Source: Vicugna vicugna (Eukaryota). From it: a stretch of DNA of 64,000 bases. Below the pieces are notes generated by a model that did no database searches, was not told the DNA's origin, and was given only the letters and a program-made list of their open reading frames with translations. The position numbers and the translations under genes are program-made. Positions 12,628 through 24,860 of this stretch are shown here, one piece after another (within the stretch, counting starts at the first letter, position 1; the number at the start of each line of letters is the position of its first letter). The stretch spans positions 2,693,111 through 2,757,110 of the forward strand of contig MU058824.1 in NCBI GenBank assembly GCA_013265495.1, read 5' to 3'.

Positions 12628-12653
12628 GTGTATGTGTGTGTGTGTGTGTGTAT

Positions 12654-12730
<77 letters not shown>
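12628..12730. repeat. Compound (TG)n(TA)n microsatellite
   Basis: Two alternating tgtgtg/tatata blocks ending in a long (TA)n. Confidence 0.95.
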
Positions 12731-12731
<1 letters not shown>

Positions 12732-12732
12732 A

Positions 12733-12905
12733 AGCACTGTGCAAGGTGCTCTGAGCATATCTTCTCTATTCCTCAAAGCAACCGTGGCAGACATTGTGCC
12801 TATTTTACAGATGAGGAAACTGAGGCTCAGAGCAGTGAAGTGGCTCGTTCTGGTTCACACAGTACACAGGCAGGACGGAGTGAAGGTAGGCATTGTCTCC
12901 AGATC
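12733..12905 (-). mobile_element. MIR
   Basis: gcactgtgcaaggtgctc...cctattttacagatgaggaaactgaggctcagag. Confidence 0.85.
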
Positions 12906-14164
12906 TGCTTGCCCTTTTCCACAATGCTGTCAGCCTGCAGAGAAGTAAGAAAAGCATCTGCTGCCAACATCTCCAGGTTTGTGACTTCAAACTCCCCTGG
13001 TAGACGAGAGAATTACCATATTTGGGGGCAATTTACATCAAATTACCATGCACCCGCCAACAGCTGCCGCCTGGAGCGGGAGGCTGGCTGCACAGGGACG
13101 ATCACATTTGTACACACGATAATGAAAACCCACGCTCGGGCCTCCACATTCTCCCATAAATATGGTCATTATGATCTTGTTGGCATTGCTTGTTGAATTA
13201 CGTCTTGCAAATTGTTTCCTGGTTGCCTGGGGGAGCTGACTTGGGCTCTTCTCATGCTCCTTTTCTTTAAGATGTGACAGTGCTTTGCCTCGCCCACTCC
13301 TCAGACTGTCCTCTGCCATGAGACTAAAGATTCTCAGGATAGCTTCCACTCAATCTTACGCAATTCATCAAGCGATGGCTGTGCAATGGTGCGGGGAGCT
13401 GACAAGGCTCCGAGGGCAGGCCCTCTCCTTCATTGCGCAGACAGACAAGTGCTGCCCAGAGGGTTAGAGACGGGAGTGAGGTTTAAAGCCAAAGAGAATA
13501 AAGGACCCTTTGTATCCCCTGTACTGGACCATGGAGGTGTGGCACTTGGACCTCCCCAGGGCACCTGGGTGGAGACAGGCAGGCCATGGGGCTCCGAGTC
13601 CTGACATGCTCCATTTTTAGTAGTTAGCGCTTCCTGACTGTAAATAACAGAAATCCTCTTCAGTTAGCTGGAGGATAAGGGATGGGGAGGGAGGGGATTT
13701 TGTACTGGGACAGAAAGAATATCATGAAATCCCAGGGCTAAATCAGGCCACACTCCAGAGGGATTAGATACAGGAAGTGGAAAGCCAAATAAGAACACAG
13801 GGTGCCCTCTTTCTCCAGCTCTTGTCCACTTCTCTCTGCAGAGGCTCTGATCATCTCTGCCTGCCAAGGGCTCCTCCCTCTACGTGCTGGAACATGACAC
13901 CCAAAGCACATGTTTCTGTGTTATAAGTCCAGTCTTCCAAAGGGTAACTCTCTCTAGTGTCCCAATTCTAAATTGTCCCAAAGAACTGAGGAGTGGCTCT
14001 GACTGTCTCCCACTCCTGGCTCAATCCCCAGTAGCCAAGAGGGTAAGCTCACCTCACAACACATGGCTGCCTTGAGCCCACCCTATGGGTGGTACTGAAG
14101 TTTCCAGGGAAGAAGATAACCGAGTTGGCTTCTGCCACACCCTCAGTCTAGCACTATGTTATTA

Positions 14165-14970
14165 ATTGAAATTTTTATTGAAATAATTATAGATTCACAT
14201 GCAATTGTAAGAAATAATGCACAGAGTGCTCTTGTACACTTTGCCCAGCGTGCAAAACTGTAGTATATTTTCACAGCCAGGATACTGATGTTGATACAAT
14301 ATACTTATCTTACTCAGACTTTCACCAGTCTTTACTTGTACTCAGTTGTGTTTGCAAGAGTGTCAAGATCTATAAAATCTTGCCCCCTTTGTAGGTCTGT
14401 GTATCCAACACCAATATCCCCATGTTGCCCTCTGTGGTAGGCTAACGAATGCCACCACACTTTACTCCATCCCCGCAAAAGATAGCTGGAGTCAAATCCC
14501 TGGAAGCTGTGAATGTTATCTTATATGGTAAAAGGGAGTTTGCAGATGTGATTGAAGGTCTTCAGTTGGGGAGATTATCCTGAATTATCCAGGTGGGCCC
14601 TGAATGTGATCATAAGAGTTCCCATAAAAGAGAGGTAAGAAGGTCAAAGAAAGAGTAGAAAATGTGATGATGGATACGAGAGGTTGGACTGATGCAAGGT
14701 GGGGGTCATGCATCAAAGCACTGAAGTTTTAGAAAAGGCAAGGAAACAGACTTATTGCTCCAGAGCCTCCAGTAGGAATATCACCATGTCAACATCTGGA
14801 CTTTAGCTTAGTGAAGCTGACTTTGGACTTCTGGTCTCCAGAACTGTGAGTGAATCAATTTGTGTTGTTTTAATAATTCCTTGGAGATACATCCAAGCTG
14901 TTGCATATATCAGTTTTTGAAAAAGTTCATTTCCTTTTATTACTGAGTAGTACTCCATGGTATAGATTTA
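14165..14970 (-). mobile_element. Old L1 (L1MC/MD-type) 3' end interrupted by an MLT1 LTR
   Basis: ttttattgaaataattatagattcacatgcaattgtaagaaataat...gccaggatactgatgttgatacaat; resumes near 14875 (ggagatacatccaagctgttgcatatatcag...tactgagtagtactccatgg). Confidence 0.8.
14432..14872 (+). mobile_element. MLT1C/D-type MaLR solo LTR, 3' end truncated
   Basis: tgtggtaggc start; ccctggaagctgtgaatgttatcttatatggtaaaaggg; gattatcctgaattatccaggtgggccc; ggacttctggtctccagaactgtgag. Confidence 0.85.
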
Positions 14971-15624
14971 AGTCTAGTATTTTTACTGCCTGGGTATTTT
15001 ACCTTTATTAGAAGGTTGAATTAGGAATATTTTGATAATAGTCTCTCGGGGTAGGATGCAGGAAGGAAACGTAAAGATCATTCCACCCTCCCTGTCATTG
15101 TATCAGCTACCGAATCCCCTCTAGAGCCTGCCTGCCAAGTGCCCATCAGCCTCCTCTTGCATACCTTCTTTGCCCAGCTGCTCACTGCCTCCTGAGACAG
15201 CCTATTGTATAGTGTACAGCACTGCTGGAAGTTCTGGTCTCAGGCCAGTGAGATGCATCTCTGGCTTTAATGTGCTAGAAAGGGAATGGTGTCAGACCCA
15301 GATAACTCCCCAGAGTGGGAGCACATACAACTGGAAAGGGACTGAGAGGGAATTACTAACTTGAGCACTGACCTGGGTCCTATTAGCATGTCCTGGACAT
15401 CTCCTGTCCCATGTCAGCTCTTTTTCCCCAGGAGCCTTGTTCCTTGTGGCCTACAGATAGTCCTCTGCTGGGATTCCCCTGCTCCATGAACCCCTCCTCC
15501 TCTAGCTGCATCCTCCCGTGTCTTTTTCCATGCCTCCTTGGGTACCATCCTGTCTTCCTCCCAAGTCAATCCAGAGGGATGGATACTGGCTATTAGATAT
15601 AAGAGGAGGGTACTTCTAATGATC

Positions 15625-15815
15625 ATCATAATAACAATAGCTTACAATAGTTTTTAGAGCATTCCATATTCTGTGCTGCCATATTGAGTGAATGATGCCA
15701 TTTAATCCTTTCACAACGGCTGGGCTATTATCCCATTTTGTAGATGGGTAAACTGAGGCCCCAAGTCACACAGCTTGAAAGTGACAGAGCTGTCACTGAA
15801 CCTGGGCTGTCTGAG
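15625..15815 (-). mobile_element. MIR
   Basis: catttaatcctttcacaac...attatcccattttgtagatgggtaaactgaggc. Confidence 0.8.
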
Positions 15816-15829
15816 GGGAAGGATCACCT

Positions 15830-16130
15830 CATGATCTGTGAACTGAGTGAATGGTGGGGCCATTCCCTGAGATGAGGAACTCAGGAGGAGGAGCAGGTGT
15901 GATGGGGAAGATGACACCTTGTTTGGGACTGCTGAGTTTGAGGTGCCTGAGAGAGAGCCAAGAAGGGGCTCTGGAGCTCAGGAGAGAGACTAGGCTGAGA
16001 TGTAGGCCTGGGAGCTGAGGGTGTTCTCACAGCTGTGGAAGCCACAGGATGGCTGTGCTTGCCCAGAAGAGCAGGAGGAGGGCAGAAGGGTGGGCCTGCC
16101 GCATGAAGAGGGTGGGTGGAGAAGGAAGGT
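15830..16130 (-). mobile_element. L2 fragment
   Basis: ggggccattccctgagatgagg...gagtttgaggtgcctg...ctggagctcaggagagagactaggctgagat. Confidence 0.75.
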
Positions 16131-16239
16131 CCTGGGAAGGAGTGCTTAGAAAGGTGGGTCATCACAAGGAGAAACCTGTGGGGCAGATGCCATGGGGCTG
16201 TGACACTGAATAAGGAGGACAGGGCACTCCTGACCATGT

Positions 16240-16405
16240 GGGGCTGCCCTGTGCTCTGAGCACATCTCAGTCCACAGCACAACCCCTGTGAGGCAGGTAC
16301 TGTTTCCTTTATTTTAGGTGAAGAAACTGAGGCTCTAAGTGGTGCAGGAACCTGCCTGAGGACATGTGGGGGATAAGAGGGCAGAGAAGAGATGGAAGCC
16401 TGGGC
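16240..16405 (-). mobile_element. MIR
   Basis: acaacccctgtgaggcaggtactgtttcctttattttaggtgaagaaactgaggctc. Confidence 0.8.
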
Positions 16406-17289
16406 TGTCCCTCTGGCTGTGTAGCTCATGTGTTAAAATTTACTTGAGTCAGGGAGTATAAGTACGAAAGGAAATGGATTGGCTGCATTGACTCAGACAA
16501 GTGAGTGCTCAGGAAAAGGAGGGTGTGGGCTTTGAATCCTGCCCAGTGGCATCCTTGGTGAGGGAGAACACCCCAAGGAGATGGGACTGGGCAGGGTAAG
16601 GGGAGGGGAGCTGAACGTAGGGTGAGTGCAGGCTGTTTGAAGAGCAGGAGCCAGACCAGAGGGAGAGGCCAGAGACAGGGCAGCCTAAAGGAGCAGAAAT
16701 AAGATCCTAAGAAACTGAAGGTCCCCTGCGCCCAGCAATGCACCTTGAGAAAAGGCCTCCTTTCAGGCTCCTCCCCTTTCTCAGGTCTCCCCTTGAAGGA
16801 GGGGAGCTGTCCCCACCCTCAGCCCCTTGCCGGGTGAGGAGCACCCTGGGGATTCTGAACAAAGACATCAGGGAACTAGAACAAGAGCGGATCACAACCA
16901 GTCCCTTTGGCTGCCAAGTCCCCCTCCCCCGTCCACACACCCCTGCGCTCCCACAAACACTCCCTGGCTCAGGCCCAGCACTGGGCCTTCTGGTGAGAAC
17001 CCCTCCCGCGGAGCGAAGCCTTCTGGGCCGCTTTCTTCTCTGGGACCGAGCTGTCAGGAGCCTCTGAGAGATTTCAAGGCGACTCCCCTCCCCCAAGGGA
17101 AGCCTTTGTCTTTGTCTCCACGGAGGAGGCAGCAGTGAAGGGTGGGGTTTGGAAGAGAGGGAGAAGGGGCTTGTCTTTGCCCTCTGGGAGCTCACGATTA
17201 GGGTTGAAAGATGGCAAGACAGGAACGCTTTTTATACCTTTAATGGAAAATCTTTGAGAGTTCAGAGGATTAAGAGTTAGTTCACTGCC

Positions 17290-17650
17290 TTCTGGAAGAT
17301 GGTCAGAGAAGGCTTCAAGGAGGAGGCAGCCTTTGGCTGTCCTGAAAGGAAGGTAGGATTAGAAGGCCAGAGATGAGGAGGAAGAGCATTCCAAGTGGAG
17401 GTGGGAAAGCACCAGGAGCACTGGGAAACAGGAGATGGTCCAGTGTGAGTGTGGGTGGAGATGATGGATTTCCCGATCATCAGAGAAGCCCTGGGGCAGC
17501 CAGACTGGAGCGCTTGAATGTGGCAAAGTGAGAGCAATTTCCCAGGCAATGGGAAGCCATGGAAAATTTCTGAGCAGGGAAGGGACCTGATAGGAATGAT
17601 GGCTCTGGCCACTTGAGTGGAAGATAGATTAGCAGCGTGAGGTGGAGGCA
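17290..17650 (-). mobile_element. L2 fragments
   Basis: tcagagaaggcttcaaggaggaggcagc...ggaagagcattccaagtgg; aggcaatgggaagccatggaaaatttctgagcaggg. Confidence 0.65.
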
Positions 17651-18189
17651 GGGAGAGCAATACGGAGGGGATTCTCGGTGTCCTGAATGGGGTGGTGGCA
17701 GTTGGGGTGGAGAAGGGGGTGCACACGGGCAGATTGCTTTCAATGGAAGGTAGAGTTTACAGAGCACGGGACTGATTGGAGGAAGGTTGAGGAAGGAGCA
17801 GCAGTCAGGGGTAACTCCCAGGCCACGCAAGCGGCCCTTGGCGGGGCAGCTGAATCAGGTGGAGAATAAGAGAGGGTGGGGTGGCATCTTCAGAGCACCT
17901 GTCTGTGTTCCTCTGGATATCTGGGGCCGCACATAAATATCTGGGAAGGTGGTTTTGCTCTGGGCAAGATTTTCTCATCTTCTGTTCCCACCCATAGTCT
18001 CCCAGACATGTGAATAAGTGCTTGAAGCATGTGGTATGTGGCAGGACTAGGGTGCTGTACCCAGCAGGCCTCACATAGGGGAGGTATTCTAGGGAAGAGA
18101 GAAGGAGCAAGGGGGTGAGCCACTGACCACACAGGGAGTGGGTAAAGGGAGACCACTATTTGCTCAAAGACGACTTTTTTTATGCTTTT

Positions 18190-18530
18190 CTGTTTTTTTT
18201 AAAAAATTGACTTACAATATTATATTAGTTTCAGGTACACAACATAGTGATTTGATATTTGTACAGATTACACATAATACAAAGTTACTATAAAATAGTG
18301 ACTATATTCCCTGGCTGTACATTCTATCCCTGTGACTTATTTATTTTATAACTGTTAGTTTGTACCTCTGAATCTTCTTCACTATTTTGCCCCACCCCTC
18401 GCCCTTCACCCCTCTGGTAACCACTAATTTGTTCTCTTTATCTGTGAGTTTATTTCTGTTTATGCTTGTTCGTATGTTTTGTTTTTTAGATACCCCAGAG
18501 GTGAAAACATACAGTATTTGTCTTTGTCTG
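18190..18530 (-). mobile_element. Laurasiatherian-type L1 3' end
   Basis: T-rich tail then ttgacttacaatattatattagtttcaggtacacaacatagtgatttg...ccctctggtaaccactaatttgttctc. Confidence 0.85.
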
Positions 18531-19164
18531 AGAAGGGAGACAGGAGAGGGGATGACAGCAGAAGCAGTTCTAGAAGGGCGGGGTAGGGCAGATGCAGGTG
18601 ACCTGGGATCTAGCTGTGGGTGTGAGGCTGGCAGCGCGGGCAGCTAGAAGGGGCAGTGCGGGTAGGCAGAGGGAAGGATGGATGATGGAAGAGTTTCATA
18701 AAGGGGGAGGCTGTGATGGTTGCTGGGCCTGAGAGGTCACTGGGCCCCGGCTGCTTGCCTCTCCAGGACCTCTCAGTTTACATTACTGTCTGGGTCCTGA
18801 CTCCTTTATATTACATTTCCGGATCACCCACTCATAAATCCTCATCCTGCCTGGGGCCAGGAGCCCTTGAACAGAGAGTGGCTTTGATTTAAAGACAGGA
18901 GTGGCAGTAAAAGGGGAGCAAAACTATCCTGAGAAGAGCACAGGCTTCCCTGGGGGCGACAATGTAATTAAAATGGGGCCACCTCTCTTCCTGGATGGAG
19001 AAGTCTGGCCCAAGCTCTGCATGGCCCTGAGAGGCTCCCTAGAGCACTGATGAGGGAAAATTGCCACCTGCCACCTCCATCCACCGTGCCAGCACATCTC
19101 CAGATCAGGGAAGGAGGGCCAGACTCAGAGCTATACACTCCGGCTCCAGCCCAGCCCCCTGCTG

Positions 19165-19750
19165 GATAAGCAGACTTCTAAGACAGCCTTCAATAATCCC
19201 CACCTGCTAGTAATCATGTCCTGTGTAATTCCCTCCCCTGGGGTAGGAGTCTGGAGTGGAACTAGTGATTTGTTTCTGATGGATTGAATGCAGCAAACTA
19301 GTGGGATGTCACTTCCATGGTTAGGTTACAAGATCATGACCTCCTTCTTGCTAGGAAACTCTATTGCCTTCTCAGCTTGCACACTTTGATTAAACAAGCT
19401 GCCATGTTGGAAAGGCCCCCATGACAAGGAATTCAGGGTGGTATTTGATGCACAGCCAGCAAGGAAGTTAGGCCCTCAGTCCAACAGCACACAAAGAATT
19501 GAATCCTGCCAACAATCACATGAATGAGATTGGAAGAAGATCCTTCTCCAGTTGAACCTTCAGATGAGACCACAGACCCTGGGCTGATGCCTTGATTACA
19601 GCCTCATGGGAGACCACGAAGCAGAAGATTTAGCTAAGTCGTGCCAGGATCCCTGACCCACAGAAACTGTGAGATCATAAACGTGTACTGTTTTAATCTG
19701 CCAAGTTTGAGGGTTGTTTGTTACACGTCTGGCAATAGATAATCCATACA
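19165..19750 (+). mobile_element. MLT1E/F-type MaLR solo LTR
   Basis: cagacttctaagacagccttcaataatccccacctgc...gggatgtcacttccatggttaggttaca...gaatcctgccaacaatcac...ccacagaaactgtgagat...gcaatagataatccataca. Confidence 0.85.
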
Positions 19751-19751
19751 C

Positions 19752-20125
19752 TGGCTGACTTGAACAAGTTGATTCCTTACTCTAAACCTCAATGTTCTCA
19801 TCTGAATAAATGGGCTGATGATACACAGCCTGAGGGGTTACTACAAAGATCAGAGACAACAGCAGATGGGAAAGGGCAGGGTAGACTATAAAATGCTATG
19901 TACATGGACCGCATTTTTGTGAGTATGATTATCTCAGTGAGAGGTTAGGGAGAACTTGGTTCTCATTTGAGTTGAACTTCTCAACTCAAAGGCCAGGTGA
20001 CTTTGTGTAAATCAGTTAACTTCTCTACCCTTAGTTTCCTCATCCGTAAAGTGCACCTGTTGGGAGGAATAGAGGAAAATGCAGATAAAGTACCCAGCCT
20101 GTGACTAGCACATAGTAGGCACTCC
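19752..20125 (+). mobile_element. Two MIR fragments
   Basis: gacttgaacaagttgattccttactctaaacctcaatgttctcatctg; tgactttgtgtaaatcagttaacttctctacccttagtttcctcatccgtaaa...agcacatagtaggcactc. Confidence 0.7.
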
Positions 20126-21129
20126 AAAAAAAAAAACACTCTGGCCCTTCTGATTCATGCTGTTATCATCATCATTGTGATTTTGAATGAGATGAATATG
20201 ATGGGCACTGTGAACCCTGGCTCAGCCATCTTCAGGGAGGCCAGCACCTGTCAATCTCAAGAGCTCTGGACCACCAGTCTGATCTCACCTGTTAGAGTGC
20301 ATCTCTCTAGGGGAAACAAGGGCAGAGGGCAGAGTGATCCTGCCCTGAGAATCACCCTTAGCAAGGGCTTGTTAAGGCTGTATTATTAAGGAGTCAGCTG
20401 GCAGAGAAGCAGCTGAGATGCAGGGTGCAGAAGTGGAGCCTGGGTCCATGGCCCATTCTGTAGTGGACTGGCCCCTGTTTCTGAGACCAACACTAGAGTG
20501 TTCTGAGGATAGCCTTGAAGTCCTTGATGGGAAAGTCAGGACCTCTGAGTAGTGATCATAAAGCTGCAGAGCTGATTCTGGCAGCATGTGCCCTGTTCTG
20601 AGAATGCAGAGTGCTCATGGCAGATAAGGGAGACAAGAGAGTGAGAAAGGGCATCCTGGGGACAGCGTGCATATGGGTTAACCATCACCTTTCCTCGTCT
20701 CTGTTGGGTGTTGAATTCTGGCTGGAAGGCCCCTGGGCATTCTCACGGCCAGCAGGTAAGGATCTCTGTACACCCTCCCGGGTCACAGTCAGCTGGGCCG
20801 AGTAGATCCATTGGTCCAGAGAGACACAGTGACTTACTTGCTCAGGGCAACACAGCCAGTTGGTGGAGGAGTACGGAGCAGGAAGTGGTCTGCCTGATCT
20901 CAAAGCCTGTGAAAAAAATCAGTCTACACAGTTGAAGTTCTAAGGCTGGACTCATTCCTGTTCCTTGAAAATAGAGGATACAACTGCAGAGTTTAGCACA
21001 TTTCGGTCCTAAAGATTTTGGTCAGAGTCTGAGTGTATTCTGTCCTGCACAATGGCAGAGCTGATGACATAGATGCTATGAAGTAAAAGAGTTAGGTTCT
21101 GAGAGAGAGACACACACAGATATGGGAGA

Positions 21130-21600
21130 TCTAATTGAGATCGGCAAGAGGTATCCGAATGCTTCTCTGAAAAAGACTGAGATCTAAAGGATAAGTAGGA
21201 ATCAGCCAGGGAAAAATAGAAAAAGAGAGTTACAGGAAGAGGAAACAGCATGTACAAAGGTCCTGAGATGGAAGCCACATGATATATTCAGTTGATGGAA
21301 AGGAAGCCAGTTTTCTTGGAGTTCAGTGAACAGGGGGATAGTAACTTGGGGCCAAAGTGTGTAGGGCCTTGGAAGCCTTGATAAATTTGGTTTTTATTCT
21401 AAGTGATCCAGTTCTCATGATAAACAGGTCACACCTCTGGGTATGTGGAGGTAGGAAGTATTAGTAGGGGTTTGGTTGGAGAAGGTGCTGTGTTCTGAGA
21501 CTGGACAAGCAGTGGGTATGGGTGGTGGATGAGAGATGAGTAAGATGCGGGATATTTGTTGGCAAGTGTCAAATGCCTTTGACCAGGGCAGCCTCAGTTT
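21130..21600 (-). mobile_element. L2 fragments
   Basis: gcttctctgaaaaagactgagatctaaaggataagtaggaatcagcc...ggaaacagcatgtacaaaggtcctgag. Confidence 0.7.
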
Positions 21601-21814
21601 CCCTGGGCAACTTGGCACTAGGGAGCTTGCTCCAGGTTTTAAAGAGATAGACTGTCAGAAGTGTGGCACCCATCCATGAATTTTCCAAGGCCCTGCAGGA
21701 CTGTGTCCCTGGACAGGATGCCAAAGCATGGTACATCTGGTCCAGACCTGAGTCACCTACTCTGCCAAGTGACCCACTGACGGGCTCTGTGGGGAAGGAT
21801 CTTCTCTTCATCCT

Positions 21815-22146
21815 TGTGATAGGCAAAATAATGCCCTCAAAGATGTCTATGCCCTGATCTCTGGAGCCTGTGAATATTAGGTTATACAACAAAGGGGAAT
21901 TATAGTTGCAGATGGAAGTAAGGTTGATAATCAACTGACCTTAAAAGAGGGAGGGAGAGTATCCTGGATTACTGAAGTGGGTCCAGTGTAATCACAGGGG
22001 TCCTTGAGAGTGGAAGAAGGAGGCAGGAGAGAAGGTCAGAGAGATGCAACCTGAGAAGGACCTGACCAGCCTTCTTTGCTAGTGCTGAAGATGAAAGAAG
22101 GGGCCACAAGCCAAGGAATACAAGTGGCCTCAAAAGCAAGAAACAG
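21815..22146 (+). mobile_element. MLT1D-type LTR, 5' part
   Basis: tgtgataggcaaaataatgccctcaaagatgtc...gttgcagatggaagtaaggttgataatcaactgacctt...ggggccacaagccaaggaat. Confidence 0.85.
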
Positions 22147-22794
22147 ATTGGGGCACAGTGGAAAGAGCACTGGATCTGGAGTCTGGGCACCTGGACTCAG
22201 TCACTGTGGCTTTGTCAACGGGTTGTCCTTTCCCTTCTCTGTCTTCAGTTTGGAATGGGGCCAATACAATCCCATTTTGTTACCTGGCAGGGAGACAGCA
22301 CACTGCAAACCATAAGGTGGTACACATGTGTAAAGAATGCTCATTATGGTGCAGAGTGAGCAGTGAGGACAGGGAGTTCATAGTCCTAGAAGAGCAGACA
22401 TTTAAATGAGGAGAGAAAAGACATGGGCACAAGCAAAGACGACATAAAGTAGAAATGCCATGGGACATGTGGTTGGAAGGCACCAAAGCCAAGACTGGAG
22501 GCCAGGCAGCACTGAGTGTGTTCAGGGAATGGCAACTTGCCTGGCTGGACCCAAACCTGGGGCTACTCGGGGGAGGGATGGACACGAGGCTGGGAAGGCA
22601 GGCTGGAGCCTGGCCTAGCAGGACCTCGAATACCACTAAGAGTAGCCCAGACTTTAAATTGAAGACAGACCCCGGAAGCCGTGGTGGGGACCCAGTAACT
22701 TAAAGCTACACAGGAGCCGGGGCACAGGACCACCTAGGAGACTGATACTAGGATGCGTGTGGATGCCCCATTCGCTCTTCCTCACTCAGAACTC

Positions 22795-22945
22795 TGCCCT
22801 GACCAGCTGGGAGACCTGGTCAAATCACCCTCTAAAACCTCAGTCTTCCTGCCTGTAAAATGGGGCTGGTAATACTAACCCCCTTAGAGTGTTATTTTGA
22901 GAATGACACAAGAAAACACATGTAAAACACTTGATATGGGCTCTT
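22795..22945 (+). mobile_element. MIR
   Basis: aaacctcagtcttcctgcctgtaaaatggggctggtaatac...tgtaaaacactt. Confidence 0.75.
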
Positions 22946-23689
22946 TAATGCTATCCAAGCTCCCTTCTGACCATCCAGTGACTTCTACCCCACTCAGTGG
23001 GACATTTTGCAGCCCTTCTTCCCCCTACAAAAACAACTTTTCTTCCTGTCGTCTGCATATTCTTTCTCAGCAAGGGGTTCTGATATCTGTGCGGAGCATC
23101 CCCACATTCTTCAAAAGACGTGTTTGGAAACAAGAAATTGCTAGAGAGATGATTCAGTCTTTGGCCTCAGAGTGTGTCTGGACATAAGCAAGCCCATCTG
23201 TGGAGCCTGCGCTGCCAAATTCTGTCACTCCTGCTCCATATGGTCTGTGCTCCCCCATCTCCCCTCCCAGAAGCTGCAGTCTGTGCCCGTCTCTCACTCC
23301 ACTTTGGTTGCTACACAGAAAACTCAGCAAAGGGGTATCTTGGCTGCAGTGGGTGGGGCATCTCTGCCCTTCTCCTGCCCTGCCTGGGACGGCTACAGGG
23401 CTGGGAAACAGAGGCGGTGGGGTGATGGGTTGCTTTGGGCTCTCTCACTTCTTGTCTACGCAGAGCCACAGTGTGGAGCCCTATTGCAGAAGTGGGGTGG
23501 AAGGAGGCTATCAGCTCCCTCTGTGGAGGCAGAGGTCTCTCCCGCAGGAAAGTAACTTCCTAAAATGCTAGCTCGGTTGTTTACCAGTCCAGTCCCCTTG
23601 TACTAAAGCAGAATGATGTTGGATGGCCTCTTTAGACCACATCTTTCCCCACAGGCTGCTTGACCTGGCATTAGAAGGCCCTAATTCAC

Positions 23690-24010
23690 ATCAAGTTGTG
23701 TGACTTTGAGTCATTGGTTAACCTCCCTGAGCGCCCCTTTCCACATTTGTGGTCTGTGATTAGCGATTCATGCCATGGTCCCATCATAGGTTGGTTGTTG
23801 GGTCTAACAAGGTAACGATTGTAAAAGAGCTTTGTAAACAGTGGAGCAGCAGATCTCAGAGTGTGGTCCCTGGGCCATCAGCCACAGCGTCACCTAAGAA
23901 CTCGTACTCTTGGCCCCCTGGGTCACCCACTGACCCAGAAGCTCTGGAGGTGGGCCCAGCAAAGCGGGCTTTCATGAGCTCTCCCGGTGACAAGCTTGAG
24001 GATCTCTGCT
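23690..24010 (+). mobile_element. MIR followed by a MER5A-like hAT-Charlie element
   Basis: tgtgtgactttgagtcattggttaacctccctgag; tctcagagtgtggtccctggg...cagaagctctggaggtgggcccagca...gagctctcccggtga. Confidence 0.6.
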
Positions 24011-24165
24011 TTGGGAAGACGAGCATGTGGACAAGGTCGACCCCACCTAATTGTCAGTTTGGCTCAGGGAGTTGCCTTAAGTGTATGAGGGGTTGTGCCT
24101 CACTAGGCTCTGTAGCTATTTCACTGCAAATGGTCTAAGGTTTAAAGATCCACATGATTTCTCAC

Positions 24166-24360
24166 CCAGGCAAATCAATTTCAGAATAAATCCATGATGT
24201 TCATGGTCAGATTGAAAAAGCAACTTCCCAGGGAGATTTAAACCAAAATAGTGAACCCAAAGCTTTCAGGGGCTAAGCAGGCAATGAGAATGGGAAGAGG
24301 CAGAACTGCTTGTGCTGCAGGGTTCCGACCTTACCTAAAGGCATTAAAAAAAATAAGCCC
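24166..24360 (-). other. Candidate recursive splice site with possible RS-exon
   Basis: Minus strand ttattttttttaatgcctttag|gtaagg (junction 24335/24334) and a downstream donor cctgg|gtgaga at 24166/24165. Confidence 0.3.
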
Positions 24361-24704
24361 CTGTGCTGGCCAAACAAAACATGTATGTTAGACAGATCTG
24401 GTTCAAGGCCTGCCAGTGTGTAAGTGGTATAAATACTGGGGTAGGGGGAGGATTTGGTCTTAACCAAGCTGTGCATTGGTCATAGTATTAATTGCCCTGG
24501 AAAAGAGTTTGGCACACAGTTATAATTCCCAGGTTCAGCCTGGATTAAATATCACATGATTTCATTAATTCATTCATTTATTCACTGCATTCCACAAACA
24601 CACTTTTCTAGGTCCTGTGCTAGATTCTGTGGACCCAGAACTGGATCAGAGACTATGTCTCTTCTCCTGGGGGGTTGGACATGGCTGTGCATGGCTCCAT
24701 GGCA

Positions 24705-24860
24705 TCGTTTTCCAGCTTCTCAATGATACAAAGGGCCTTCCATGAGAAAGGTGGTCCAGGGTTAGTTAAACATGAATGCATTTACCTAAACAAAGTTAAA
24801 CTATTACTTCACTGCAGGACTTCTCAGAGCCTTTACTATGCAAATGTGCATTGCACATTA
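24705..24860. mobile_element. hAT-Charlie-type non-autonomous DNA transposon fragment
   Basis: aaacaaagttaaac...actgcaggacttctcagagcctttactatgcaaatgtgcattg; same family as 27035-27318. Confidence 0.65.

Noticed and set aside
12505..13196. ORFs up to 186 aa with YIYIYI/CVCV runs
   Set aside because: Translations of the (TG)n(TA)n microsatellite and a MIR; no protein-like composition.
15881..17195. Cluster of 100-180 aa overlapping ORFs
   Set aside because: GC-rich, partly L2/MIR-derived sequence with ORFs on both strands; no homology recognised and no consistent splice structure.
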